Positions 1 to 8,784 of a stretch of DNA of 64,000 nucleotides are shown one piece after another. The stretch is taken from positions 36,679 through 100,678 of the IMG/VR virus record IMGVR_UViG_3300030107_003448; one strand, written 5' to 3'. Within the stretch, counting starts at the first letter, position 1, and each line of letters opens with the position of its first letter. The notes under the pieces were generated by a model. That model was not told the origin of the DNA. It did not search any database and worked only from the letters and a program-made list of their open reading frames with translations. Source of the DNA: a virus. A program made the translations under genes and the position numbers.

Positions 1-2
1 GG

Positions 3-230
3 CAAGCAACCGAAGAAGGTACAATACCAAATGAAACTCAAGAAGATATTGATGCTGATAAGAAAAGATTTGCAGAAGGTGCACCAGAAGAAGGAGCATC
101 TGCAAGTGCTCCAGTTCCTACAGGACAAAGAAGCCTAGATGAATGGATGAGCGATGAAAAGAAAACTTCCTTTGACCCACACCCCGGAGACGTAATGCTA
201 AAAGCCATCCGTGCACGTCTTGGATGGTGA
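3..230 (+). CDS. 3' end of an acidic hypothetical protein (partial, runs off the window)
   Basis: Frame 3 is open from base 3 to TGA at 228-230 (…GQRSLDEWMSDEKK…ARLGW*). It is not in the ORF track. Confidence 0.6.
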   Translation, partial: QATEEGTIPNETQEDIDADKKRFAEGAPEEGASASAPVPTGQRSLDEWMSDEKKTSFDPHPGDVMLKAIRARLGW

Positions 231-242
231 GGGGGATGAAGG

Positions 243-1829
243 ATGCCAATAGTTTACTCACCCGGTGAAGCAGAAGTAAGACCTCTTGACCCTACTGCTG
301 TTGTATATACTACTGCACAAAGAGTAGCAGATTTACTTGAAATTGATAAACCAGAGCCAGTCTTAGTTTCTGCTAATTCTGACACTGGGGCTATGTATAT
401 TCTTGGCTCTGATTTAAGAGAACATGGTTTTGAAGCAGGAGATACTGTATTTGTATACAGCGATGCAGACCCTGTTGGTGAAACATTAACAATTAACACA
501 GTAGCAAGTAGTGCAGGAGGAGATAGTGCAGGTGTAGGATATGTTAAAATTACATTTACTACTAGCCCTTTAACTGCTGCTGATTATCAAGTAGCAGATA
601 ATGCATATATTCAAAATCAAGCAAGTTTCACAAATCGTAAAGGCAGAGGAGTTACTAAATCTAAAGTAGAAAATCTTATTCTTCGTGCCCAAGATATTAT
701 CGATAATAAAACACATAATTCTTGGAGACCATATTTGGTTGCTGGAGAATACCTTAATTTTGATACATATAAGCCATATAGAAGGCGATATTATACAGAT
801 TATGTAGGTACAGCCCCTCTTTTATTCCGTAATGTTCAACAAATCCTTCGTCTTGAATTATGGCAAGGTGACGATTATAGGGAAATAGGAGCAGCAGAAG
901 CACGAATTCATTTACCCGAAGATGTAAGAGCCATTTCTGGTTCTATTGTGATGTCTCCCGGTAATGGTAGTGCGGCTACACTTACTGCTGGAACTAGTAG
1001 TGCACAATGGAGAGCAGACTTTGATTCAACAACTACTGCTCAAAATCTTGCTGACTTAATTAACAAAGAAGATAGAGTAAGTAAAGGCCAAGTTGCATTT
1101 TCTCCTACTTTTACATTAGAAGGTAGTTCTAATCCTGTAGCAATTCATAATGAGTTTTTGGCAAGTGCTAATTCTGATTATGGAACTGGTAAAGTTAAAG
1201 TCACTAGTATGAGACCAGTAAAAGCAGGAGAGAGTTGCTCTATTGTTACTACAGATAGTAGTATTACATTTAAAGAAACTTCAACCCATACTGCTACTGT
1301 TACTAGTGTTGTCTCTACTACAATTAACGTAGACTCTACTGCGGATTTTGCAACTGCTGGAGTTTGTGTAAAAGGAGATACTGTCTTTAGGTATACAGGA
1401 AAAACAGCAACAAGTTTTACTGGTTGTGTATCAGTTACAGGTAGCCCTATTGCTGATATTACTGCAACTATTACTCAAGATACATTTGTGGTAGACCTCC
1501 AAGGAGGCAGCAGTAGTGGAGATAGTGGCCGTCTTAGAGATTGGTGGTATGATGCAGAAATGGGTATTATTTATTTTAACAACTCATATCCTTTCTTTGA
1601 ATGGAATGCTATTAAAGTAGCATATATTTATGGAGAAAGATATATAGAAAAAGCCATTGAAGATGTATGCACTAAGATGGTCGCAATTGAATTGTTAATG
1701 AGTGATGACCGTAGTGTGCTTATTCCAGAGGGTACACAGAATGTTGATTTAACATCTAAAATACAACTCTGGCAAAAAGACATTGAAACTATATTACCCC
1801 GATACCGAGAAGTGGTGGTGTTTGAGTAA
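243..1829 (+). CDS. Head-tail adaptor/connector protein (SPP1 gp15/HK97 gp6-like) with inserted beta domains
   Basis: Helical segments YTTAQRVADLL, VENLILRAQDIIDNKT and C-terminal AIEDVCTKMVAIELL…LPRYR resemble adaptors. It lies upstream of the tail genes. Confidence 0.6.
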   Translation: MPIVYSPGEAEVRPLDPTAVVYTTAQRVADLLEIDKPEPVLVSANSDTGAMYILGSDLREHGFEAGDTVFVYSDADPVGETLTINTVASSAGGDSAGVGYVKITFTTSPLTAADYQVADNAYIQNQASFTNRKGRGVTKSKVENLILRAQDIIDNKTHNSWRPYLVAGEYLNFDTYKPYRRRYYTDYVGTAPLLFRNVQQILRLELWQGDDYREIGAAEARIHLPEDVRAISGSIVMSPGNGSAATLTAGTSSAQWRADFDSTTTAQNLADLINKEDRVSKGQVAFSPTFTLEGSSNPVAIHNEFLASANSDYGTGKVKVTSMRPVKAGESCSIVTTDSSITFKETSTHTATVTSVVSTTINVDSTADFATAGVCVKGDTVFRYTGKTATSFTGCVSVTGSPIADITATITQDTFVVDLQGGSSSGDSGRLRDWWYDAEMGIIYFNNSYPFFEWNAIKVAYIYGERYIEKAIEDVCTKMVAIELLMSDDRSVLIPEGTQNVDLTSKIQLWQKDIETILPRYREVVVFE

Positions 1830-2245
1830 TGCCCGATAATAGCGTGCAAGTGGGTTCTAAGTTTTTCCCTGCTGACCCTAAATTTGAACCAGATAAATGG
1901 GAAAAAGAAACAATTGGTAGAGACCCTACATCTCGTGCTTATGCTAAAGACTTAAGAAAAGAGTTTGATATAACTACTAATGCTCAAATGATGCAAGAGA
2001 CATTAGACCAAATGAGGAATAGTGACCCTGCTAAAAAACAACGATTAATGAATATAGAAGCACAAAATGAAGATTATTTCATAAGTGAAACAGGAGGATA
2101 TATACATGCAGATAGTAAGAGGCCAGCGACAGAAGGAGCAATTAAAAAATGGGAAACAAGAGTTAATCGCACCTTAGTTCTAAATCACCCTTCAATGAGA
2201 GACTTTCCACCATATGCCCGTGATGCAATAAGGAGGGCTGCATAA
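1829..2245 (+). CDS. Hypothetical protein in the neck module
   Basis: ORF coupled by TAATG overlaps on both sides. Confidence 0.5.
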   Translation: MPDNSVQVGSKFFPADPKFEPDKWEKETIGRDPTSRAYAKDLRKEFDITTNAQMMQETLDQMRNSDPAKKQRLMNIEAQNEDYFISETGGYIHADSKRPATEGAIKKWETRVNRTLVLNHPSMRDFPPYARDAIRRAA

Positions 2246-2694
2246 TGGTAGCAACATGGACAGAAACAATCCCTTTAGTAAAAGGGCTATTAGATGATGG
2301 ATGGAATAGAGGTAACACAAATAACATTAAACCTATTATTCAAGATATTGCAGAAATAGCACCAGAGAGAGGAAAGCGTTTAGACCTCAATAAACACGAT
2401 TATGTGTTGATTTATGAGACAGCACATAACGAAGAAGCACCAGAACTATTCTATGATTTTGTAACAACTCGTGTAAATCTAACTGTAGATATGAGAACAA
2501 TAAGAAGCAGAGAACATTTATACAAGATGGAAAATGAAGTGCGGAGAGTTATACACGCAAACAGAAAGGGAGATGCGACCAATTATGACCGTTTACTATT
2601 TAAAGTAAGGACAGATTTGAGTGACAGAACTAAGCGCTTATGGCGGTTTACATTTCAAATCGAGGTCATTACATTTGCAGAATTGATTCCATAA
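2245..2694 (+). CDS. Putative tail terminator/tail completion protein
   Basis: 149 aa, immediately before the tail tube gene, with an alpha/beta pattern ending in a WRFTFQIEV strand. Confidence 0.5.
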   Translation: MVATWTETIPLVKGLLDDGWNRGNTNNIKPIIQDIAEIAPERGKRLDLNKHDYVLIYETAHNEEAPELFYDFVTTRVNLTVDMRTIRSREHLYKMENEVRRVIHANRKGDATNYDRLLFKVRTDLSDRTKRLWRFTFQIEVITFAELIP

Positions 2695-2732
2695 GGTTTA
2701 GAGGCTAATTAGTTATCGGAGGGACGAAGCGC

Positions 2733-5264
2733 ATGCCATCAACAGTATACAAGGGAGATTTAGCAGAAGTAACAATGGGTCACGAAAGTGGTCTATATAT
2801 CGAAGATGACCATTGGGGAGCATTAGTTTTTACAACATCAGCAGGGACTGGAGATTCTTCAATTATTACTTTTTCTGGCACAAGTAGTCACGCTACTGGC
2901 TATCTTTTTGATAGTAGCCATAGATTACTTTATCCAACTAATATGCTTGTAGGAGCACGTTTAATTGTAAAAGGTGGTGGAAATTTTGGGGATGATGATT
3001 GGGAGGCTACTGGTAGAGAATATACAATTATCGCTAATAGTCTTACTACAATCACAGTATCTCCTGCTATGAAGTATACTGGTGGTTCTGATACTGGTGA
3101 TGTTCTTATTATACCTGCATTTAGTGTGCCTTCGCCAGATGTAACTAATACATCTTATGCTGTTGGAACATCAGCAAAAGAAGCCAAAGAATCATTACTT
3201 ACAGACCAATTTATTGGAATTGCTGGAACAGTAGGATTACCAGAAACTAAAGTAGATTTGAAACGTTATCATGTAGTTGGTGTCGGTAGAGATGTTGTAG
3301 TACAAGCGCCGGGTAAATTCACTAATGAAGGAGGTTCATTGGAAGTTATGGTAAATAATGCTAGATGGTTTTATTATTGTTTAGGTAAAATGTCATCTGT
3401 CCCAAGCCATAAAGCACTTATCGAAGCGTCTAATTGGTACACAACTGCACCAATTGCTTCTGCACTTGATGCAGGACAGATATATATTGATACACCAGAT
3501 AGAACCCTAAAAACAACTGCTGGTTCTACTCTTGCTCCCGGCCACTATGTGTATATTAGAGACGGTAATGCAGGTTCAGATGCTAACGATGTTGTCGGTT
3601 CTAATTTGCTACCTATACATCAACATAAAGAAGTGAATTTGGCTACCGCAGGTGATGTGACAAGTAGCCCTTCTTATTTTGGTTCATTACATTCTGCTAA
3701 TGTACCTAGCCACGATGCGCCCCATTTTGATGCAACTGGTAGGTCTGAAATTAGAAGAATCGCAGCGATAGATACTGATAACGATAGAATTTATTTAGAT
3801 GAACCGCTTTGTTTTTCACATAAAGTATCAGCAACAACTACTACAATCAACGATGTTAGTGGATATGCAATAGGAGAAACTGGTGCGATGACTGTAGATG
3901 AAGGGGGCAGTGCTGGTGTAGCATTACAACACTTTGCAGTAGGAGATACTATTTTTACGGCTAATGGTGCTGAAATTGGAGTTTTAACTGCTGTTACAGA
4001 TACCCAACTTACTTGCGGTGGGGGCACTAGAACAGCAGTTGCGAATAATGATATTATACATTTATCTGCTATTTCGTTCCTTGAATTTAGAGCGGCTGTA
4101 GCAAATACTACTATAAAAATAAATAATGGTGGAGGATATGCAGTAGGAGAAACTGGTGCTATGACTGTAGACACTACTAACCCTAATACAATATTGGCTG
4201 TTGGGACAACTCTTTACAATGCTAGTGGTGGAATACTAGGTAAAGTTACAGTAATGGCTTCTAATTCAATTACAATAGGCGGTGGATTAGAAATAGCAGT
4301 AATTGATAACCAAGATTTGTATTGGATGAGAAGCCCTAATATTACTTCTGATGGAGAATTAGGAGATTCTGTAGACCATCTTATATTTAGTAAAGATACT
4401 ATTCCGTCTTTTTCAATTGAGACATCTCTGCGTAGCCGTGATGTAGGGGCGTATAACCAAGAAGATGCTTCTAATGCGCCGGGTAGTTCTACTGATGCTA
4501 AAATATTGACTAGAGTATTCCGTGGTTGTAAAGTAAAAGATTGGTCTTTAACTGCTGATACAGATGCCGCAGTAAAAATGAGTGTGAATTTTGATTCGGC
4601 TTATTGTTATACTGATACTGGTAGACTAGAAGCAACAGCCTCTAATCGTGGTGACCGATTACAAGCACATAGAATGTTTGAAAATACAGCCAATACATTA
4701 GAAGCACGTAAAGAATCTGGTATTGCTCAATATGGACAAAAACCATATTTCTTTTACAATGGCACACTTACTGTTGGTGGAGTAGCAATAGCACAAGTAA
4801 CTAACTTTACCCTAAGTGGAAGCACTGGTGTAACTTATCATCACACAATTCGTGGCACACCAGCCGCTAGTAGCACAGGTATGACTGGAGCAGCAGGTCA
4901 TGTTTTATCTACAGAACAAGTGCCATTTGGTGGTAGCCGTAATGCCTCTTTAGCAGTTGAAGGAAAAGAAACCTTTGATTTGAATATGGAAGTTATCGTA
5001 GATGACCCAATTTTCTGGCATCATATGAGAACTACAACTGAATTTAATAATGCTATTGGTTCTAATGCAGATGGTATAGTTTTGAAATTACACAAACAAG
5101 GAGCAGGTACAAGTAGAGAACGTATGACAATAATTATAGATGATTTCTTTATTACAGAAGCACCTTTACCGATTCCAGAAGATAAAGGTGTAATCCGCAG
5201 CAGTCTAAAAATTGCACCAAAGCATGTGCGTATTTTGGCTACTGATACATTGTATCATTATTGA
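2733..5264 (+). CDS. Major tail (tube) protein with multiple inserted decoration domains
   Basis: Tube-like segments (RVFRGCKVKDWSLTA, AQVTNFTLSG, DDFFITEAPLPIPEDKG). It lies upstream of the chaperone and tape measure genes. Confidence 0.7.
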   Translation: MPSTVYKGDLAEVTMGHESGLYIEDDHWGALVFTTSAGTGDSSIITFSGTSSHATGYLFDSSHRLLYPTNMLVGARLIVKGGGNFGDDDWEATGREYTIIANSLTTITVSPAMKYTGGSDTGDVLIIPAFSVPSPDVTNTSYAVGTSAKEAKESLLTDQFIGIAGTVGLPETKVDLKRYHVVGVGRDVVVQAPGKFTNEGGSLEVMVNNARWFYYCLGKMSSVPSHKALIEASNWYTTAPIASALDAGQIYIDTPDRTLKTTAGSTLAPGHYVYIRDGNAGSDANDVVGSNLLPIHQHKEVNLATAGDVTSSPSYFGSLHSANVPSHDAPHFDATGRSEIRRIAAIDTDNDRIYLDEPLCFSHKVSATTTTINDVSGYAIGETGAMTVDEGGSAGVALQHFAVGDTIFTANGAEIGVLTAVTDTQLTCGGGTRTAVANNDIIHLSAISFLEFRAAVANTTIKINNGGGYAVGETGAMTVDTTNPNTILAVGTTLYNASGGILGKVTVMASNSITIGGGLEIAVIDNQDLYWMRSPNITSDGELGDSVDHLIFSKDTIPSFSIETSLRSRDVGAYNQEDASNAPGSSTDAKILTRVFRGCKVKDWSLTADTDAAVKMSVNFDSAYCYTDTGRLEATASNRGDRLQAHRMFENTANTLEARKESGIAQYGQKPYFFYNGTLTVGGVAIAQVTNFTLSGSTGVTYHHTIRGTPAASSTGMTGAAGHVLSTEQVPFGGSRNASLAVEGKETFDLNMEVIVDDPIFWHHMRTTTEFNNAIGSNADGIVLKLHKQGAGTSRERMTIIIDDFFITEAPLPIPEDKGVIRSSLKIAPKHVRILATDTLYHY

Positions 5265-5273
5265 GGTGACAGA

Positions 5274-5690
5274 ATGGCTAGAATTTACATGAATCCATCT
5301 ACTGCTCAAAACATGATGAAATCTATAGATGACCCGTCATGGGTTAAATCTGCTAAAGAAGTATTAGCATCAGCCGATACATTTGACCCAGAAGCAGGTA
5401 AAGCAACCGATGTTCCTTTTGTAGAAGAAGTTACAGACGAATATGATAACCTTACTGTTGCTGAATTAAAAGAATTATTAAAAGCAAGAGGGTTATCTAT
5501 TGCTGGCGTTAAAGCCGACCTTATCCAACGTTTGCGTCTCGATGATGCAAATACATCAAATTCCACCGAAGCCCCCGTTGAAGAAGCGGCTGTTGAGGAG
5601 GAAACGGAAGCACCATCCACGCAAGAGGATGCTGTTACCAATGAAGCCAATGAAGGTGAAGTAAGTGAGTCAAAGGAGAATAGCGGATAA
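5274..5690 (+). CDS. SAP-domain protein with acidic tail
   Basis: YDNLTVAELKELLKARGLSIAGVKADLIQRL matches the SAP consensus. Confidence 0.75.
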   Translation: MARIYMNPSTAQNMMKSIDDPSWVKSAKEVLASADTFDPEAGKATDVPFVEEVTDEYDNLTVAELKELLKARGLSIAGVKADLIQRLRLDDANTSNSTEAPVEEAAVEEETEAPSTQEDAVTNEANEGEVSESKENSG

Positions 5691-6048
5691 AAATACACTA
5701 ATAAGAAATGAACAAACAGTGCAAAAGCATGAAATTGAAACAGACCCAGAAGACCCCGATGTCTTTATGGAGGTCTGGATTAAAGAATTAACATTTCTGG
5801 ACATACAAAAAGCAGCACAGAATATGCTAAAATTAAATGATTCCGGAGGAGTTGATTTTTCTTTTGAAGGTTATTGGTCACATGCTTTTGAAAATTTCAT
5901 AGTGAAAACAAACCCTCCTATGACAACACAAGAATTATTAAATCTCAAAGGATTTGTCGGTGACAAACTCTCTAAAGTGCTTCCTCAACCTAATGAATTA
6001 GTGGAGGAAATGCAAGGGGGGTTTCACAACGCTACCGAGACAGAGTAA
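5665..6048 (+). CDS. Tail assembly chaperone (gpG-like)
   Basis: Lies between the tube and tape measure genes, has a GTG start after a GGTGA RBS, and has a G6 slippery run near its 3' end. Confidence 0.7.
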   Translation: MSQRRIADKNTLIRNEQTVQKHEIETDPEDPDVFMEVWIKELTFLDIQKAAQNMLKLNDSGGVDFSFEGYWSHAFENFIVKTNPPMTTQELLNLKGFVGDKLSKVLPQPNELVEEMQGGFHNATETE

Positions 6049-6323
6049 AGAGATTCTTATCTCAAAAACAGGTAGCGAGCCCAGAAGACCACGCTTTACA
6101 TTTAGAATATTGGGCGGTAATAATTGCTCAACATTTTCATATTTCTCCAATGGAGGTTTATTCAATGCCTCCTTTAATGGTACAGAAATTATTAGGATGG
6201 GTATTAGCACTAACTGATGAGAGGGAGAGGATGATGCAAGAAACTAAAGGAAAAAGCAGCACTACAAGCAAAGATGTTGTAAGCCTTGACTATTCTGCTT
6301 GGTTCAACGAGGAGGGCATCTAA
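6016..6323 (+). CDS. -1 frameshift extension of the tail chaperone (gpGT-like C-terminal part)
   Basis: The -1 frame is open 5997-6323 (VSQRYRDRVKRF…IAQHFHISPMEVYSMPP…FNEEGI*). Its TAA overlaps the tape measure ATG. The candidate shift site is GGGGGGTTT at 6016-6024. Confidence 0.7.
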
Positions 6324-7585
6324 TGGTAGCAGTATCGGCGGCAGTTACTTTGGCTAATGCTTTTTCGGCAGCAAGTGCTGGTGCTGCTAAAGTTCAACAA
6401 AAAATAACTGAAATAAGTAATACTTTGAGCACTAAATGGAATGAATTCAAAAACAAAGTTAAAGAAAATTGGCCAGATGTTTTAACTAAATCATATTGGA
6501 CTAATGAAGAAGGGACAGGAGTATTTGATTTTAATATTGATTGGGGAGCGTTATTTGCGTGGATTCCAGAAGGAATATTCACTAAGGCATATTGGACTAA
6601 TGACGAGGGGTCGGGTGTTTTAGACTTCGATATAGATTGGGGCGCATTATTTTCATGGGTCCCAGAAGGAATTTTTACAAAAGCATATTGGAGTAATGAT
6701 GAAGGTACTGGTGTTTTAGATTTTGATATAGATTGGGGTGCTTTATTTTCATGGGACCCTTCTCCCAATAGTGTTTTTCATGAAGATTATTGGTTTAATG
6801 ACGAAGGTACAGGAGCATTAGATTTTGATATAGATTGGGGTGCTTTGTTTAGTTGGGTGCCCGATGGCATTTTTACTAAAGATTATTGGACAAATAATGA
6901 AGGGACAGGTGTATTAAATTTTGATATAGATTGGGGAGGAATATTCTCATGGGTGCCTACTGGTGTCTTTTCAAAAACATATTGGACAAACAACGAAGGC
7001 ACAGGTGTATTAGATTTTGATATAGATTGGGATGGTATTTTTTCTTTTTCTCTACCCGCAATATTAACTAAAGATTATTGGACAAATAATGAAGGCACAG
7101 GTGTATTAGATTTTAATATCGATTGGAGTGAAATATGGAGTGGTTTTATTCCAGATTGGTTAGAAGATTTTAGTATAGGAGATAGTATGAATGCTATAGG
7201 AGATACTCTTTGGAGCGCTGTAAAAGGCCCTTTAAACGATATGATTGGCGGACTTAATTCATTGGTGGCTTATGATTTACCAGTGATTGGTCCTATACAA
7301 GATTTAGAATTATTAAGCGGTATGTTTCCTATCCCTGCATTGGCGGCAGGTGGTGTAGTAACAGGTCCTACTCTTGCTATGATTGGTGAAGCAGGACCAG
7401 AAGCCGTAATACCATTAGATAGGTCTGGTTTACAAACTGGTAGTCAAACTTTCAATATGTCATTCAACTTAAGTGGTATGACAGACCGTTCAGATAAAAG
7501 ACAAATGGCTCGTGAAATCAGTGATTTAATTCAACAAGAATTGAGAAGAACTGTGGGAGCAAATACAACAAGAGGTAGGTTCTAA
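6323..7585 (+). CDS. Short tape measure protein (about 420 aa; likely true start ATG 6323)
   Basis: Follows the chaperone pair, has Trp-rich repeats, and carries the C-terminal PALAAGGVVTGPTLAMIGEAGPEAVIPL motif typical of tape measure proteins. Confidence 0.75.
   Translation: MVAVSAAVTLANAFSAASAGAAKVQQKITEISNTLSTKWNEFKNKVKENWPDVLTKSYWTNEEGTGVFDFNIDWGALFAWIPEGIFTKAYWTNDEGSGVLDFDIDWGALFSWVPEGIFTKAYWSNDEGTGVLDFDIDWGALFSWDPSPNSVFHEDYWFNDEGTGALDFDIDWGALFSWVPDGIFTKDYWTNNEGTGVLNFDIDWGGIFSWVPTGVFSKTYWTNNEGTGVLDFDIDWDGIFSFSLPAILTKDYWTNNEGTGVLDFNIDWSEIWSGFIPDWLEDFSIGDSMNAIGDTLWSAVKGPLNDMIGGLNSLVAYDLPVIGPIQDLELLSGMFPIPALAAGGVVTGPTLAMIGEAGPEAVIPLDRSGLQTGSQTFNMSFNLSGMTDRSDKRQMAREISDLIQQELRRTVGANTTRGRF
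6494..7137 (+). repeat. Seven tandem 96-bp (32-aa) coding repeats, one of them 102 bp
   Basis: The unit YWTNxEGTGVLDFDIDWGALFSWVPEGIFTKx starts at about 6494, 6590, 6686, 6788, 6884, 6980 and 7076. Confidence 0.9.
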
Positions 7586-8775
7586 TGGCTTCGACAGGTG
7601 TACCCATTCGTTTAGTTAGAAATGATGGTGAACTTATTCCTTTAATGGCTGAAAATATAACTTTTACAGTCGATAGAAGTGTGCCTACTATGTCTATGCC
7701 TTTGACTGGAAATACTAGAGTAGGTATGGATTTGAATCGGTCTAAAGCAATGATTGTCGTAACTGGAATATTAACAGACGATGAATCAAATCTTATTCAA
7801 ACAGGTTCATATTCCAAAGCCACTGTTGATTTTTCTTTTACACAAACAAATGGTCAAACTTGGTATCATAGTGATTTTGCTTCTGATTCTAATTTTACCA
7901 GAACGTTAGGCATATATTCCGATGAAGGTAGTAAAAACTTTGTTTTTTATTTAGATAGCAGTGTGTCTATTGGTACGGGAGTAAGTAGCATGGGAGTTGG
8001 TAATACAATAGTAAAAGTGCCTGTGGGAGGTGCGTCAAGTGCCAGTGCTATTACTGCTAAATTAGTAACTGCGATTACTCAAACTAGTCATCCTACTGGC
8101 TATAGCGCAGGGCAAAGACCGGGTGATTTTTTTACAGCCACACAAGCAAATAGTTCAAGAAATAGTTCTAGTGTAGGAACTAATGCTGTTCTTGAAATTA
8201 CACATAAAAAAATTGGACCAACAAAGAGTAGTACACCTAACTGGGGAGGAGGATGGGGTGTTGGTAATGAGACTTATTGGAAACATCCTTACATTACTAC
8301 ATTTGCTGGAGGCAGTGAAAATGTAGGAAAATCGGCAGGAGATAAAGCCATGGATTTGTATGGCACATTAAACAATATGAATAACGGTGGTGCTGTTGGG
8401 GGTAGTCTTACTTGGATAGCAGGATTATTCGGTGTTGATGATGAAGAAGGTTGGGGTGGGCCGCAAGCCGCTTTAGATAATAAATATGGAGATTATATTA
8501 TAGGTATTCAAATCCCTTATGATTCTAAAGTTCAAGCGACTACAGGAACAGTCCAACGTAATTTTTTCATGCCCACAGGAGGCTCTCATACAAGACATAG
8601 TAAAGGCTCTACAGCAAATGAAAATGAAGTCAGTGTGGATTTTAACCCATATTGGAAAGAAGGAGACTATACTGGAATAAAAGGCACTGTTAAACAATTC
8701 CAAATGAGTTATGATGCTGGTGAAACAGTTTATAATTACCAACTATCATTTTTACCAGTTGATTGGATTTTATGA
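7585..8775 (+). CDS. Putative distal tail (Dit-like) protein with insertion
   Basis: Directly after the tape measure gene, with Dit-like terminal strands (GIKGTVKQFQMSYDAGETVYNYQLSF). Confidence 0.5.
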   Translation: MASTGVPIRLVRNDGELIPLMAENITFTVDRSVPTMSMPLTGNTRVGMDLNRSKAMIVVTGILTDDESNLIQTGSYSKATVDFSFTQTNGQTWYHSDFASDSNFTRTLGIYSDEGSKNFVFYLDSSVSIGTGVSSMGVGNTIVKVPVGGASSASAITAKLVTAITQTSHPTGYSAGQRPGDFFTATQANSSRNSSSVGTNAVLEITHKKIGPTKSSTPNWGGGWGVGNETYWKHPYITTFAGGSENVGKSAGDKAMDLYGTLNNMNNGGAVGGSLTWIAGLFGVDDEEGWGGPQAALDNKYGDYIIGIQIPYDSKVQATTGTVQRNFFMPTGGSHTRHSKGSTANENEVSVDFNPYWKEGDYTGIKGTVKQFQMSYDAGETVYNYQLSFLPVDWIL

Positions 8776-8784
8776 GGTTTTAAT

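Noticed and set aside
6002-6217. +1 frame as the chaperone frameshift product
   Set aside because: It is open but stops about 100 bp short of the tape measure gene. The -1 frame couples exactly to that start and looks like gpT.
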